Positions 51,129 to 64,000 of a stretch of DNA of 64,000 nucleotides are shown in pieces. A program made the position numbers and the translations under genes. Below the pieces are notes generated by a model that saw only the letters and a program-made list of their open reading frames with translations, made no database searches and had not been told where the DNA came from. Source of the DNA: Balanoglossus misakiensis (Eukaryota; Animalia; Hemichordata); assembly GCA_040954595.2 (NCBI GenBank), contig CM082585.2, forward strand, positions 5,853,808 through 5,917,807. The letters run 5' to 3'. The number at the start of each line of letters is the position of its first letter. Positions within the stretch are counted from its first letter, which is position 1.

Positions 51129-53407
51129 TGTGCAGTGGAATGCTATCCCTCCACACGCGTATTTAGGGACTGTTTCTGGCTGTGATAATTACAAGCGGAG
51201 TCAATGGCAGTCCCAAGAACCACTTTACGACTCTAACCGCACTCAGAGAAGACAAGCAGCCCCTTTCATTGGCAAGAGAATGCTGTTCTACCATTATCAA
51301 CCAAGTTTCAATGACAGTAAGCTACCATGGTTGGCCATACTTGAGGCTGTGGCAAGTCATATCATGGCCGATTGTGATTTATTCACCAGGAATAATATAT
51401 CCCAATGATAGTTTACCTTACTCATCACAAAAAACATTTTCGTCTGATACTAATCTACACCATGGGTACTGTGTGTTAAGATGAATGCACGATAGAGATG
51501 ATGGTAATATCAACACGACAAAAAAAAAATGAAAGCCCAAACACTGGCCAACTGGGATACTTCAATTGACATTTATATCTGCTGTTTTTTAACTATAAAT
51601 CCTCCATGTCAATTCTGATTTCAGAATCATCAGTTGAATCAAAACTGATTCTACTCAGAACTGAAAACCATGCACCAGTACAACAGAATCGATTTGGGAA
51701 ATATCTCTTGCTGTTCAGTGCCCACTAGATACACTCTACCAATGCGATAATTACTTTGATACTCAACAACTTTATTAAAACAGGTTATACATCCTAAAGG
51801 GTTACTCTACACCACTTAGTGGTAAATATACACTGAAAATGAACACACAAAATATTCTTCGCACAAAAAATATCAACTAAACCATAACATGAAATGTACT
51901 CTTTGTAGGTTTTTCTTCAATGAGGACACAGTAAGTAGTAAAGATTATACAAAGTAGTCTGAAAATCTAGGACCTTCAGACGTATCGCACACAAATCACC
52001 TCTCTGATTTTTAGCTAGTTGCAGAGAATGGCAGGTTACGTGATCTAGACATGCCATGAAAATTATGCTTTCGTTGCGGAACAGATTTTTGCTATGGAGA
52101 TGGTACATACATGTATACCAACAATACTACTGTCATAGAGTAATTAACATATGAGCTGGGCCGTGTTATATATTATCTGAGTCAAAGGTCTCAGACCGTT
52201 AGTTATATGGACCTGTTGCAATGTGTCAACAACTCTTGAGGAACATTAATATAGATTAATCCATATGTACCTAAATGTGATTTCATCAAATAATGATGGA
52301 AAGAGAGAACAAAATATTAAAACGATGCATATGTTTGAAAACGCAGATTCAAAACAATTAATTAGCAATATCATGAAGATTTCCTAGTACCTTAAATTAT
52401 TCGCAAACTACATACTAGTAGTAAGATAACGACCTTGGCCATTGTTCATACAAAGTTAGTATATACTGCACAAGTTTTAGTATCCCAGCATGCTTAGCAA
52501 AGTGGCCCATAGGGACAAAGCAATTCTTGGGGTTGAAACCTGTAATAGTTCTGGCATCTAGATATCAGCCAAGTCTTAAGAGGGTACGACCCAACAGATA
52601 TAAGTGATAGTGATATTTAAAATTACGTTAATAGTGACATACTATTGGAGGGGTATTTTGGTAGCCATGGCAACTGAAGCTACCATAGAAACAGAATGGG
52701 TACTGTGTATTGCCATACCTACTAGTATATGGCACTGATGAAACAGTTACGCACTGTTTAACGCTAATTTCAACATGCATGTACACAGTATATTTTCAGT
52801 ATCATTTTTTAATACACGCCACATTGTAGCGATAAAAAATAGGTACAGCCTCACTACTCTAATCAGACAACAACAACAGATTTAAGCTAACACATCGAAG
52901 TTAGTTACCCACATTAAAAGACTGAAAATGTTAAAAGTTAGTTAAAAGTTTGATAGCATATGATATATGTACTTTACTTTTTTGGCAGACTCTCTCTGTT
53001 TTTAATAATGAAGGGGAGTTTACGATAAAAACACAGACAGCTGGCTTAAATTTACAATATCTGGATTTTGCTAAAGACATATTTTAGGAAAAATACTCTT
53101 AATTTAAAATTCACCGCTTTTTCGAAAGCAATTTTATTGATTGATTGATTGTAGAAGCTGTATTAGTATAACTGCAGTCTTTTGTGTTGACAGTATCGCT
53201 GTTCTGAGATGCTGTGCGTATATAACTATCAACTGGGTTCGTCTGCACTTTTGGGTTCAGTCAAATCTATCAACTCTGCAGCTTATCAGTTGCAATGTTT
53301 CACACTGCAACAGAATGAGTATCCAAGCACTGTGCGATACTACTGGTCCATCAACTGATGCAAATGTCTCGTCTATACTACAGAGAATTTTTTTTTTTTT
53401 TTCATTT

Positions 53408-63093
<9,686 letters not shown>

Positions 63094-64000
63094 GTTGGAT
63101 TGTAATTATCCTTGCGTGAGGGCGCACTTGTCAATAAATTTTCGTGTTTGTAGATTTCAATCACTGCTGTGAGTTGTGTTCACCTTTCGACCATCTGACA
63201 TCTACACACAAGGACTGTCGTACCTTTTTGTCGTACATAGAGAATTTTTCCACGGAATAAAGTGTCGGTGGAATCTTTTGTGGCCAAATTTCATCCATTC
63301 TTTGCTTTGCTTTATTTTTAGGTAGTTGCTGTACCATAAGCTTACTAGTGACTGTTCGAAAAAGCGCCGCATTAACCCATTGTTAAAAGTGGCGATACAA
63401 TATGCTATCTAGAATCTAGTAGAAGGAAAATTATTACAAATTGTGTTCTCCAGAGTCGTGCACCAAGACAAGATGCCTTTGTTTTTATAGCGCATGTACA
63501 ACTATGGGGGCGCTGCTACTAATTAAGAGTACAATGTACTTGAGTGAAATAGCTTGAATACTAGTACATTTATAAGAATCTAAGGCAAAGTAGCCATTTT
63601 TGCAGACTAACTCAATTGCCAGCTTTGCATTTGGAAACTGTATGTCGTGCTTGCGGGCACATATAACGTGTGGCAGGACTGATCTCATATGATAGAATGC
63701 TACAGGTTGAGCAGAATGAAAAAATGAACACTTTAAAAAGATCTTGACGTCACAGATGATGGAGTTAATGTCGAGCGTGCAAAATTTTAAGGTAAACACT
63801 TCGTGATATCGACATATCTGATATCTTTATTTCTCCTTGTGGTCGTTTCATTGAATTGCATTTTGACAATACGGACTGTTTGATTACGATTGTTTGGACG
63901 TAATCCCAAAATATGACGTCTCCGTGGGCATAAAAAAGTTTCTGCTGTGGTCGAAATTCGTGTGAATTAGCGCGAAAAAAAATGTATGAGTGAACTGGTA

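Overview
Intron-containing, AT-rich eukaryotic (invertebrate animal) DNA. An ambulacrarian such as a hemichordate is my guess from the gene repertoire and repeat families; this is inference, not a database result. I reconstructed nine genes by hand from GT-AG splice sites and reading-frame phase: (1) a divergent galactose-3-O-sulfotransferase-like type II membrane protein (+, 1797-5064); (2-4) a tandem cluster of three fibrinogen-related domain (FReD) genes (+), two secreted (7094-9111, 12180-14461) and one type II membrane protein carrying three copies of an unnamed Cys-containing beta-rich domain in front of the FReD (15630-21643); (5) a MIG-2/Mtl-like Rac-family GTPase (-, 24000-26998); (6) heparan sulfate 6-O-sulfotransferase (+, 29055-30887); (7) a second, divergent Rac/Mtl-like paralog with identical intron positions (-, 34424-38522); (8) COG6 (+, 40817-49044, 19 exons); (9) RSF1 (-, 53408-63093). 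Many short non-autonomous DNA transposons (TA, TAA and TTAA target sites) sit in introns and flanks. The most interesting part is the FReD cluster. It pairs an exon-shuffled membrane receptor with soluble paralogs, concentrates nearly all A-versus-B amino-acid divergence in the ligand-binding last exon, shows gene-conversion patches, and has a duplication structure implying a haplotype that lacks the membrane receptor.
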